Assembly (NCBI GenBank): GCA_964355095.1
Contig: CAYHCX010000017.1
Coordinates: forward strand, 1 to 57,345
From: an uncultured Acidobacterium sp.
Lineage (GTDB): Bacteria; Acidobacteriota; Vicinamibacteria; Vicinamibacterales; UBA2999
Length of the DNA: 57,345 bases
Direction: 5' to 3'
This document shows positions 1 to 8,047 of the stretch, piece by piece. Positions within the stretch are counted from its first letter, which is position 1, and every line of letters starts with the position of its first letter. The notes beneath the pieces were generated by a model. The model searched no databases and was not told where the DNA came from. It saw nothing but the letters and a program-made list of their open reading frames with translations. The position numbers and the translations under genes were made by a program.

Positions 1-2
1 AT

Positions 3-308
3 GTGTCGCGGAAGGACGAGTACCGGCAGACGCTGGTCAAGCGCGGCGCCAGCCTGGGCGCCAACTGCACGGTGGTCTGCGGTCACACGGTCGGGGCCTA
101 TGCGTTCGTGGGCGCGGGCGCGGTCATCACCAAGGACATCCCCGATTACGCGCTCGTGGTCGGCAACCCGGGCCGCATCTCGGGCTGGGTGTGCGAGTGC
201 GGCGTCAAGCTCGCCACCGGTCCCACGCCGCCGCCGGCGGTCACGTGCGCGGTGTGCGACAAGAAGTACCGCGCGGCCGGCAGCGGAATTCAGCGAGAGA
301 ACACCTGA
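3..308 (+). CDS. Sugar N-acetyltransferase, left-handed beta-helix (hexapeptide repeat) family, WbpD/WlbB-like; 3' fragment, 5' end outside window
   Basis: ORF is open from the window edge. Hexapeptide-repeat pattern [44 protein letters not shown] is followed by a Cys-rich tail (CECG...CAVC). Stop TGA 306-308. Confidence 0.75.
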   Translation: MSRKDEYRQTLVKRGASLGANCTVVCGHTVGAYAFVGAGAVITKDIPDYALVVGNPGRISGWVCECGVKLATGPTPPPAVTCAVCDKKYRAAGSGIQRENT

Positions 309-319
309 CGCAGTTTGGC

Positions 320-1594
320 ATGTCGCGACCAACCTTCACGTGGCGACCAACCTTCACGTGGCGACCAACCTTCACGTGGCGACAAACCTTCACGTGGCGA
401 CAAACCTTCACGTGGCGACAAACCTTTAGGTTTGTCGATCTCCAATGGCCCCTGCTGCTCTTCGTGGTGGTCAACCTCGGAATGGTCGCCTGGTCAGGTG
501 TGCGCCTGGGTGGCGACAGCGGCATTTACCTCGACGGTGCGCACGCGCTCCTCACCGGCCAGCCGCTCACCGTTCGTCAGCCGTCCTACGCGGGCTACAT
601 CGCCTTTGTCGCATTCTCCCAGGCCACTGGTACAGGCCTCATCGGTCTCATCCTTGGTCAAGTGGCAGCGGCCACGGCGGCGGCCTACGCGGTGTACCTG
701 ATTGCCCGTCAGCTCGGTGGACCACTGGCGGCCACCGTTTCGGTGGTGATGGCTGCCATCGACTTCGACACCAATCGCTGGCACGCCTACATCTTGAGTG
801 ACTCGTTGTACGCCTCGGTGCTGGTAATTGGGGTATGGCTGGTGTACCGCGCTGGCCTCAAGCCCCAAGTCCCAAGCCCCAAGCCCCAAGTCCCAAGCCC
901 CAAGCCCTATGTGCTGGCCAGCGTGTTTTTGGTGGCGGCCGGCCTCATCCGCCCCGAAGGGTGGTTTGTGATTCCGGCGGCCGCGGGGTGGTGGGTGTGG
1001 CGCGCGGCGTCGACCACGGCTGGTCGGTGGATTGGTCTTGCCGCTGTCGCCGCCGGTTGCGTGCTGCTGGTCGTTGTGGCGGCGCCGCGGCTGAGCGGCA
1101 ATGCCGAGGCGGTGGGTCCTGGCGAGATGCTGGCGCGTGGCCAGACCATTTGGGAGTACGACGGCTGGCGGCGGTCGATGCCGGCGGCATCACCGGAGGC
1201 CGGCGACTACGGCAGCGCCGGTCGCGCCATCCGCTACGCGCTGCAGCATCCCGTGCACACGGTGGCGTTGATGGCGGCGCGCGCGGGCGTCCACTTCGCG
1301 CATGTCCGGCCCTACTTCTCGCCGTCGCACAATGCCCTGATCGTCATGTGGTTGCTGCCACTGTATGCGCTGGCGATCCACGGCTGGTGGCGCGTCCGTG
1401 CCCACAACCTCGCGCACTGGATCCTGATCGTGATTGCCACCCAGACGCTGGTCGTCGCACTGACGCACGCCGATTGGGACGGGCGCTACCTTGGCCATGT
1501 CATGCCGCTCATTTATCCATGTGCCGCGTGTGGGCTGGCGGCCCTGTTGCATCGGGCCGTGCCGACGGTTCACGACAAGTTGGCGGCCCTGTGA
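320..1594 (+). CDS. Polytopic membrane protein, tentatively GT-C fold (ArnT/PMT_2-like) glycosyltransferase; N-terminus would be (RPTFTW)3(RQTFTW)3
   Basis: Multiple hydrophobic helices run throughout. ATG 320 is the only upstream start that keeps the first helix (VDLQWPLLLFVVVNLGMVAW). A first-loop D/Y/A/G pattern (GDSGIYLDGAHALLTG) is present. Stop TGA 1592-1594 overlaps the next gene's start. Family assignment is weak. Confidence 0.6.
   Translation: MSRPTFTWRPTFTWRPTFTWRQTFTWRQTFTWRQTFRFVDLQWPLLLFVVVNLGMVAWSGVRLGGDSGIYLDGAHALLTGQPLTVRQPSYAGYIAFVAFSQATGTGLIGLILGQVAAATAAAYAVYLIARQLGGPLAATVSVVMAAIDFDTNRWHAYILSDSLYASVLVIGVWLVYRAGLKPQVPSPKPQVPSPKPYVLASVFLVAAGLIRPEGWFVIPAAAGWWVWRAASTTAGRWIGLAAVAAGCVLLVVVAAPRLSGNAEAVGPGEMLARGQTIWEYDGWRRSMPAASPEAGDYGSAGRAIRYALQHPVHTVALMAARAGVHFAHVRPYFSPSHNALIVMWLLPLYALAIHGWWRVRAHNLAHWILIVIATQTLVVALTHADWDGRYLGHVMPLIYPCAACGLAALLHRAVPTVHDKLAAL
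325..427. repeat. 18-bp perfect tandem repeat, 5.7 copies: GCGACCAACCTTCACGTG x3 then GCGACAAACCTTCACGTG x2.7
   Basis: Read directly. Units start at 325, 343, 361 (CC variant) and 379, 397, 415 (AA variant). Each unit carries the palindrome CACGTG. Period is divisible by 3. Confidence 0.97.
859..907. repeat. Heptanucleotide tract CAAGYCC x7 (pattern C,T,C,C,T,C,C = 21-bp super-repeat x2.3) inside CDS 320..1594
   Basis: Read directly: CAAGCCC CAAGTCC CAAGCCC CAAGCCC CAAGTCC CAAGCCC CAAGCCC. It encodes KPQVPSPKPQVPSPKP in the gene frame. Confidence 0.95.
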
Positions 1595-2892
1595 GCAGCC
1601 AGCGTCCGCGCGTGCTGGCGGTGTTGCCGGCGCTCTTTCCGTCAACCGTGATCGGCGTCGCCAAGCCGCTTCTGCGCTTGCACCAGGACCAGCGCATTGA
1701 TCTCGACCTCACACTACAGTTCCTGGCCACGCGCAAGGCTGTCGCGCGCGCCGACGTCGTGGTGATGTGCCATACCATCGATCCGCAGCATGCGCAGATC
1801 CTCGACTGGATTCGCGAAATGGGCCGGCCATTGGTCTACGAGATCGACGACAACCTGCTCAACATTCCCGCCGAGATTCCAGGCCTGGACTACCTGCGGG
1901 AACCGGCTCGTCGTGCGGCATTGATTGCCTGCCTGCGGCAAGCCGACGTTGTGCGGGCGTACTCGCCGGCTTTACGGCAGGTGCTCTCCGATTACAACCC
2001 GAACGTGGAGCTGGTCAGCGGCCCGCTCGATTGGAGCCTGATGCCCTTCGACTCGACCGACTCCGCTTCGCGGGGGCGGTCTCGCTCAGGGTCTTCGACC
2101 CCCCTTGGCACGCCACCGGTGAAGATCGTGTATGCCACGAGCCGGATGGAAGACCGCATCGGGCAGATGTTGATCGAGCCGCTCCGGCAGGTGCTCGATG
2201 CCCATCCGCATGCTGAACTGACGGTGTGGGGACCCCGTCATGCCGCGCTCGCGCAGCATCCTCAAGTTCGCTCCCTGCCGCTGATTCGCGACTACGACAC
2301 CTTCTTCGCCAGGTTCGCCGCCGAGCAGTTCGACATCGGCCTGGCGCCGCTGCCAGACGATGAGTTCCATCGCTGCAAGAGCAACAACAAGTTCCGCGAG
2401 TACGCGGCGTGCGGCATGGCCGGCGTCTATTCCGACATGCCCGTCTACAACACCTTCGTGACCCATGGCGAGACCGGCCTGCTGGCCGCGAACGCGCCCT
2501 CCGCGTGGGTCGAGGCGATTGGCCGGCTGCTCGACGAGCCCGGATTGCGGCAGGCGATCGGGCGGCGGGCCCGCTCGTATGCGACGGAGTATTTCAACGA
2601 GCGCGCCACCGACGACCAGTGGATGGCCCGGATCGGACCGCTGGCGGTCGCGCGGCCGGCGCCGGTTGCTGCCCCGGCGTTGGCCCCGCAGCCGCTGGCG
2701 ACCGCGTTCGGAGTGCTGAAGTACGCGGGCCGGCTGAGCACGAAGGTTGGACCGGTGCTGAGGGCTCACGGTGTAAGATCGATGATGCAACGGATTGGGA
2801 ATCACGTCGCCGGCTTCGGCCAGGTGATGGCGTGGGAGATCAGCCGCTGGCGGCTGCAGCAGCGGGTGGCGCGGCAGAAGGGGCGATCGTGA
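1591..2892 (+). CDS. GT-B-like glycosyltransferase (group-1-like C-terminal domain)
   Basis: GTG 1591 overlaps the upstream stop (GTGA). The region upstream of 1591 in this frame is Arg/Gly-rich off-frame junk. The C-terminal half has NNKFREYAACGMAGVYSD...GETGLLA, resembling the GT1/GT4 nucleotide-sugar-binding domain. Paralog of 5026..6132. Confidence 0.6.
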   Translation: MSSQRPRVLAVLPALFPSTVIGVAKPLLRLHQDQRIDLDLTLQFLATRKAVARADVVVMCHTIDPQHAQILDWIREMGRPLVYEIDDNLLNIPAEIPGLDYLREPARRAALIACLRQADVVRAYSPALRQVLSDYNPNVELVSGPLDWSLMPFDSTDSASRGRSRSGSSTPLGTPPVKIVYATSRMEDRIGQMLIEPLRQVLDAHPHAELTVWGPRHAALAQHPQVRSLPLIRDYDTFFARFAAEQFDIGLAPLPDDEFHRCKSNNKFREYAACGMAGVYSDMPVYNTFVTHGETGLLAANAPSAWVEAIGRLLDEPGLRQAIGRRARSYATEYFNERATDDQWMARIGPLAVARPAPVAAPALAPQPLATAFGVLKYAGRLSTKVGPVLRAHGVRSMMQRIGNHVAGFGQVMAWEISRWRLQQRVARQKGRS

Positions 2893-3692
2893 AGCCGGAA
2901 ACCGAGCGCACCATTCGAGACGTCGTCAAGTCGGTCGGGTTGTGGCACATCTGGGTGCGCCTAGGGTTGCAGGATGTGCGGCTGAAGTTTCGGCGGTCGG
3001 CGGTCGGCGTCGCCTGGATCTTCGTCAACCTCGCCGTGCTGGTGTCGGCGATTGGCTTCATCTACGCCAACTTGCTCGGCCAGGACACGCGCGAGTTCAT
3101 CCCGTACCTGACCATTGGCATGATCCTGTGGGGCTACCTGACCAGCTCGATCGTCGAGGGCGGTAACGCCTTCGTGCACTCCGAAGGCTACATTCGCCAG
3201 ATCAGCCTGCCAATCTATGTCTACATCTTCCGGTTCTTCGTCAGCATCAGCATGACGACGCTGATCGCCATGCTGGCGTATGTGGCGGTGGCGGTGATCT
3301 ACTCGGTGCCGCTGCGCGCCGGCACCCTGTTCGCGCTGCCGGGCCTGCTGATGGTGATGATCGCGTCGCTGCTGCTAGTGACCATTTTCGCGCACCTGAA
3401 CGCGCGATTCCGCGACATCGCGCACATGGCGTCGGTCGGCATGCAGGTGCTATTCTATGTCACCCCGGTGATCTTCCCAGCCGAGCTGCTGCGGCAGCGC
3501 GCCGACCTCTCGTTTGTCGTCAACCTAAACCCGATGTATCACCTGCTGGAAGTGGTGCGCCGTCCCCTGCTGGGCGGCGTCGCCGCGGACGGCACCAGTT
3601 ACGCCGCCGCCGGGACTGTCCTCATGGTCCTCACTGCCGTGGCGGCCGTCGTGATTGCCACCAACCAGCGGCGCATCGTCTATTCGCTGTAG
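2889..3692 (+). CDS. wzm: ABC-2 type polysaccharide export permease (Wzm/KpsM/TagG class)
   Basis: GTG 2889 overlaps the upstream stop (GTGA). About 6 hydrophobic helices. Typical ABC-2 permease layout directly upstream of the cognate ATPase. Ends ...NQRRIVYSL. Confidence 0.85.
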   Translation: MKPETERTIRDVVKSVGLWHIWVRLGLQDVRLKFRRSAVGVAWIFVNLAVLVSAIGFIYANLLGQDTREFIPYLTIGMILWGYLTSSIVEGGNAFVHSEGYIRQISLPIYVYIFRFFVSISMTTLIAMLAYVAVAVIYSVPLRAGTLFALPGLLMVMIASLLLVTIFAHLNARFRDIAHMASVGMQVLFYVTPVIFPAELLRQRADLSFVVNLNPMYHLLEVVRRPLLGGVAADGTSYAAAGTVLMVLTAVAAVVIATNQRRIVYSL

Positions 3693-3710
3693 CTCCCCAA
3701 GAGTTTTTTC

Positions 3711-4448
3711 GTGCCACATATTGAACTAGATCACGTCGACCTCGAGTTCCAGGTCGGAGCCGAGCGTCACACCACGCTGCAGACGGCGTTGTGGCGCGGG
3801 CTGCGGCGGCACCGGGCCGAGGCCCGCACCGTCAGAGCCCTCAAGGACCTGAGCCTGACCATCAAGTCGGGTGAGCGAGTCGGGCTGATTGGCCACAACG
3901 GCGCCGGCAAGAGCACCCTGCTGAAGACCATGGCCGGGATCTACCCGCCGCAGCGTGGCCGCGTCACCATTGATGGCCATGTCTGTCCGCTGTTCGAGTT
4001 CGTGACCGGGTTCGAGATGGAAGCCACCGGATGGGAGAACATCCGCACGCGGGCGCTGCTGCTCGGCATGTCGCCGAAGGAGATTGACCAGAAGATCGAC
4101 GGCATCGCCGCCTTCTCGAATCTCGGCGACTTCCTGGACATTCCCGTGCGCCATTACTCTACGGGCATGTTCGTGCGACTGGCATTCGCCGCCTCCACCG
4201 CGGTCGACCCGCAGATCCTGTTGCTGGATGAGGTCATGGCGGCCGGCGATGCCGCATTCATCGAGAGCGCGCGGCGGCGGATGAACGAACTGATGGAGCG
4301 CGCGAACATCGTCGTGTTTGCGAGTCATAGTCTGGATGTTCTGCCGACGTTCTGCGATCGAACGATCTTGCTAAAGCAAGGCCGGATTATCGCCGATGGC
4401 CCCACGGCGGAGATCGTCAGCCGCTATACTGGGAAGGCGGACTCGTGA
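3711..4448 (+). CDS. wzt: Polysaccharide ABC exporter ATP-binding protein (Wzt/TagH/KpsT class), short form without C-terminal carbohydrate-binding extension
   Basis: Walker A GHNGAGKST, signature YSTGMFVRLAFA, Walker B ILLLDEVMAAGD, H-loop ASHS. 245 aa. Confidence 0.92.
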   Translation: MPHIELDHVDLEFQVGAERHTTLQTALWRGLRRHRAEARTVRALKDLSLTIKSGERVGLIGHNGAGKSTLLKTMAGIYPPQRGRVTIDGHVCPLFEFVTGFEMEATGWENIRTRALLLGMSPKEIDQKIDGIAAFSNLGDFLDIPVRHYSTGMFVRLAFAASTAVDPQILLLDEVMAAGDAAFIESARRRMNELMERANIVVFASHSLDVLPTFCDRTILLKQGRIIADGPTAEIVSRYTGKADS

Positions 4449-5026
4449 CCGGGCAGTGGCCGCGTCGCAGCGCCGCCATCCTGTTCGCGGGATCGATGAT
4501 CGCCGCTGCCGGCGTCACAGTCTATGGCCTCTTCGTGGATCGCACAGCGACATTTGCAGTCGAAGGACGGCGGCTTTATGGCATTGACGAGTTCGCCGCG
4601 GGTGTCCCTGTTCGATATGCGTTCTTGATGTTGGGAGAGGGACTCCGATCGGTTCGCGTTAGGCTCGACACGGACGTCCCGGCGACCGCACGGGTGCGAT
4701 GGATTCTCTGGCGCGGGACTCCAGACGATATCTCGACTTTCACACCGGCCGTCGAAGATGAGGAATCGGTTGACGTCCGTCCGGGTGGCCGTTGGCTGAC
4801 GTTGAACGTGCCCCGCGACCGCACATCACATGACCGGTGGTACACGATCGAGTTGCGGCTGATCGAGCCGTTGCGCGCGGATGCCGAGGTCAGGCGCCCG
4901 TTACTGTCGGCCGCGCCCGCCGACTGGCACAATTACGCGGCCGCCGGCGTGACGATCGCGGTCCTGGCGATCGTCGCCGGCGCCGTCATCGGCACCTACC
5001 AACGGCGGATCGTGTTCTCCCTGTAA
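4445..5026 (+). CDS. Hypothetical bitopic membrane protein; its C-terminal helix is homologous to the Wzm C-terminus (possible wzm remnant fusion)
   Basis: GTG 4445 overlaps the wzt stop (GTGA). N-terminal helix AAILFAGSMIAAAGVTVYGLFV, then about 120 aa of non-hydrophobic sequence. The tail AAGVTIAVLAIVAGAVIGTYQRRIVFSL matches the Wzm tail AAGTVLMVLTAVAAVVIATNQRRIVYSL. Confidence 0.45.
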   Translation: MTGQWPRRSAAILFAGSMIAAAGVTVYGLFVDRTATFAVEGRRLYGIDEFAAGVPVRYAFLMLGEGLRSVRVRLDTDVPATARVRWILWRGTPDDISTFTPAVEDEESVDVRPGGRWLTLNVPRDRTSHDRWYTIELRLIEPLRADAEVRRPLLSAAPADWHNYAAAGVTIAVLAIVAGAVIGTYQRRIVFSL

Positions 5027-6132
5027 TGGCCGGACCGTACGTGCTGATCGTTTCGCTGCTGAAGCACGATCCGATGTGCACGTTGTTCTTCGCGCACCTG
5101 GCCTTGCGATCGCCGATCCGCATTGCGCAATACCCAAAGGAGGAGGTGGCCGGGCTGCTGAGCGGCGCGAGCGCGCTCGTCGTCGTTCGCGGGCTGTTCG
5201 AGTTCGGCAACCTGCTTGCGTGCGCAAAGCACCTGGGCGTGCCGCTCTACTATTTTCTCGATGACAACTTCATGTTGATCCGGGAGGAGCCCGACACCTA
5301 TGGCACGCTCTACGAAAACTACACGAATGAGCGCGTCAGGGAGGCTCTTGCGGATTTTTCCGGAGTGCTGCTGCCGACGCAATCGCTCATCGACTACTTT
5401 GCTCAGCAGCGGCTTCACCCCCGGCTGATGTTCTATCCGCCAGTCGCCGGGCCGCCGCTGGCCGGTCCCGATCGCTCGCCCGCCCGGCCCCTCACCGTCG
5501 CGTTCTTTGGAGGGCATCATCGCCGCGAGCCCTTTCAGCGCCACGTGTTCCCGGCGATTTGCGAGTTGGCCCGCCATCGTCCGGTCAAGCTGATTGCGGC
5601 GGGGATCGCTCGCGGGACGCTTCAGCAAGGGCCGGGACTCGCGGTGGTCTATCCGGAGTACGACTCGTCCTACACCAACGCGCTGCTGGCGGTGGCGGCC
5701 CACGGAGTTGACATCCTCGTCCATCCCAGCAACCGCACCGCGAACAACATCTACAAGAACCCTCACGTCTTGATCAACGCGCGCGCGCTCGGTGCGGCGC
5801 CCGTGTTCAGCAACACCGCGCCGTACGACGCGATCGCCGGAGAGCAGGTGGCACTGCTCTGCGGCGACAGCGAAGCTGAATGGTATGCCGCACTGGAGCG
5901 GCTGGCTGACGACGCCGAGCTTCGAGCCACGATCCAGCGTGGACTGCACGTCTGCTGCGAGGCACATTTCGGCGGCGACGCAAACCACGCCATCCTGTCG
6001 GCGATGGTGAGCGACCATGCGGCGCCAGGGGCAATCGTCCGGGGGTGGCGCTGGCCAGTCGCGGCGGCGTACGCGCTCGCTGCTCGCGTTGGGCGCCGCC
6101 TCAGCCTGATGACGCGACCCGCGGTGGTGTAA
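5026..6132 (+). CDS. GT-B-like glycosyltransferase, paralog of 1591..2892
   Basis: ATG 5026 overlaps the upstream stop (TAATG). Shares LYYFLDDNF (vs LVYEIDDNL) and the C-terminal ...NPHVLINARALGAAPVFSN...GEQVALL block with the 1591 gene. Confidence 0.55.
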   Translation: MAGPYVLIVSLLKHDPMCTLFFAHLALRSPIRIAQYPKEEVAGLLSGASALVVVRGLFEFGNLLACAKHLGVPLYYFLDDNFMLIREEPDTYGTLYENYTNERVREALADFSGVLLPTQSLIDYFAQQRLHPRLMFYPPVAGPPLAGPDRSPARPLTVAFFGGHHRREPFQRHVFPAICELARHRPVKLIAAGIARGTLQQGPGLAVVYPEYDSSYTNALLAVAAHGVDILVHPSNRTANNIYKNPHVLINARALGAAPVFSNTAPYDAIAGEQVALLCGDSEAEWYAALERLADDAELRATIQRGLHVCCEAHFGGDANHAILSAMVSDHAAPGAIVRGWRWPVAAAYALAARVGRRLSLMTRPAVV

Positions 6133-6152
6133 GCCGGATCCGAGACTCATAC

Positions 6153-6899
6153 GTGGCATACATTCAACTGGAGCAGGTCGATCTCGAGTTCCGCGTCGGC
6201 GCCGAGCGGCACGACACGCTGAAGTCCGTGATCAAGCGCGGCCTCGGGATGCGCAGCACGGAATCGCGGACCGTCCGGGCGCTGCAGGGACTGACGCTGT
6301 CGATTAAGTCCGGCGAGCGTGTGGGTCTCATCGGTCACAACGGCGCCGGCAAGAGCACGCTCCTCAAGGTCATGGCGGGCATCTACCCTCCACAACGCGG
6401 CCGGGTGACCATCGAGGGGCACATCTGTCCCCTCTTCGAGTTTATCACCGGTTTCGAAATGGAAGCGAACGGATGTGAGAATATCCGCACGCGCGCGTTG
6501 CTGCTGGGCATGGCGCCAAAAGAGATCGACCGCAAGATTGACGACATTGCCGCGTTCTCCGACCTTGGCGAGTTCCTGGACATCCCCGTCCGGCACTACT
6601 CATCGGGCATGTTCGTCCGGCTGGCATTCGCCACGTCGACTGCCGTCGATCCTCAGATCCTTCTGCTCGATGAGGTGATGGCGGCGGGCGATAAGGCGTT
6701 CATCGACGAGGCCCGGCGACGCATGAACCAGTTAATGGATCGCGCCAGCATTGTCGTGTTCGCCTCGCACAGCATGGATGTCCTGCCGACGTTCTGCGAT
6801 CGGACGATCATGCTGGATCACGGCCGGGTCGTGGCCGATGGACCGACCGCCGAGGTCGTCAGCCAATATTCCGAGAGTACCGCTTCAGTCCAACCATGA
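6153..6899 (+). CDS. wzt: Second polysaccharide ABC exporter ATP-binding protein, about 80 percent identical by eye to the 3711 gene
   Basis: GTG 6153 gives the N-terminus VAYIQLEQVDLEF, parallel to VPHIELDHVDLEF of the first copy. Walker A GHNGAGKST, signature YSSGMFVRLAFA, Walker B ILLLDEVMAAGD. No full-length permease partner is adjacent. Confidence 0.88.
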   Translation: MAYIQLEQVDLEFRVGAERHDTLKSVIKRGLGMRSTESRTVRALQGLTLSIKSGERVGLIGHNGAGKSTLLKVMAGIYPPQRGRVTIEGHICPLFEFITGFEMEANGCENIRTRALLLGMAPKEIDRKIDDIAAFSDLGEFLDIPVRHYSSGMFVRLAFATSTAVDPQILLLDEVMAAGDKAFIDEARRRMNQLMDRASIVVFASHSMDVLPTFCDRTIMLDHGRVVADGPTAEVVSQYSESTASVQP

Positions 6900-8038
6900 A
6901 ACCTATTCAACTGTTCGTGCCGACATTTCGCACCGATGAGTGCCTCGCGCGGGTCCGGGAGTGCCTCGACAAGGGCTGGACCGGGCTGGGGTACAAGACC
7001 AACGAGTTCGAGGCGGCGTGGAAGACCTACACCGGGTTACCTCACGCGCATTTCCTCAACTCCGCGACGTCGGGCCTGCACCTGGCCGTGCGCCTGCTGA
7101 AAGAGCATTACCGGTGGCAGGATGGCGATGAGATCATCAGCACGCCGCTGACGTTCGTTTCCAGCAATCACGCCATCTTGTACGAAGGCTTGAAGCCGGT
7201 GTTCGCGGACGTCGACGAGTACCTCTGCCTGGACCCGGTCTCGGTCGCGTCGCGCATCACGCCGCGCACCCGCGCCGTGATCTTTGTCGGGCTCGGTGGG
7301 AATAGCGGACAGCTCGACGCGATGGTCCAACTCTGCCGCGACCGTGGCCTCAAGCTCATTCTTGATGCCGCGCACATGTCGGGGACTCGCGTGCGGGGGA
7401 GACACGTGGGCGCCGAAGGCGAGGTGAGCGTATTCAGCTTTCACGCCGTCAAGAACCTTCCGACTGCCGACGCCGGCATGATCTGCTTTGGAGATGCTGA
7501 ATCCGACGTGGCGGTCAGGCATTGGACCTGGCTCGGCATCGACAAGGACACCTTCTCGCGCACCAACAGCGACAGCACCTACAAGTGGTACTACGATGTC
7601 GAGCATGTCGGATTCAAGTATCACGGCAACTCGATCATGGCGGCGATCGCGCTGGTCTCGCTCAAGTACCTGGACAGTGACAATGCCTATCGTCGGCAGC
7701 TGGCGGCCTGGTACGACGAAGGGCTCGCGGGCGCCGCCGGCATTCAGTGCGTGCCCGTGGCGCCTGGGTGCGAATCCGCCCGTCACCTGTACCAAGTGAT
7801 GGTCGACGGCCGCGACGACGTGATGGTCGCCTTGAATGCGTCGCAGATCTACCCGGGCGTGCACTACCGAGACAACGCGATGTATGCGATGTACGCGGAC
7901 CAGCCGCCGTGTCCGCGTGCCCGCCGGGCCAGCGACCGGGTGATCTCGCTGCCGATGCACATACAGCTCGACCGGGAAGACGTCGAGCGGGTCTGCGAGA
8001 CCTTGCGCAGGGTCGTCCGGCCGGCGGAACAATCGTGA
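6896..8038 (+). CDS. DegT/DnrJ/EryC1/StrS-family PLP-dependent sugar aminotransferase
   Basis: ATG 6896 overlaps the wzt2 stop (ATGA). N-terminus IQLFVPTFRTDE..., NSATSGLHLA, and the lysine motif FSFHAVKNLPTADAGM. Confidence 0.85.
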   Translation: MKPIQLFVPTFRTDECLARVRECLDKGWTGLGYKTNEFEAAWKTYTGLPHAHFLNSATSGLHLAVRLLKEHYRWQDGDEIISTPLTFVSSNHAILYEGLKPVFADVDEYLCLDPVSVASRITPRTRAVIFVGLGGNSGQLDAMVQLCRDRGLKLILDAAHMSGTRVRGRHVGAEGEVSVFSFHAVKNLPTADAGMICFGDAESDVAVRHWTWLGIDKDTFSRTNSDSTYKWYYDVEHVGFKYHGNSIMAAIALVSLKYLDSDNAYRRQLAAWYDEGLAGAAGIQCVPVAPGCESARHLYQVMVDGRDDVMVALNASQIYPGVHYRDNAMYAMYADQPPCPRARRASDRVISLPMHIQLDREDVERVCETLRRVVRPAEQS

Positions 8039-8047
8039 TGACCGGCC

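Noticed and set aside
325-427. The tandem 18-mers read as a CRISPR array or as the HVATNL / RDQPSRG repeat proteins of ORFs 1..429 and 315..701.
   Set aside because: The units are head to tail with no spacers, and 18 bp is too short for CRISPR repeats. The other two frames have no plausible start or context, and one of them overlaps the acetyltransferase gene.
835-1590. N-terminal extensions of several plus-strand ORFs in the track, for example 835-1590, 2409-2888, 4837-5025, 6045-6152, 25557-25709, 28674-28751, 30304-30342, 32697-33122, 39307-40182, 40797-40940, 43522-43779 and 53008-53046.
   Set aside because: The extensions overlap the preceding well-supported gene in another frame and translate to low-complexity Arg-rich sequence. 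Recognisable domain N-termini begin at internal ATG or GTG codons, which often overlap the upstream stop.
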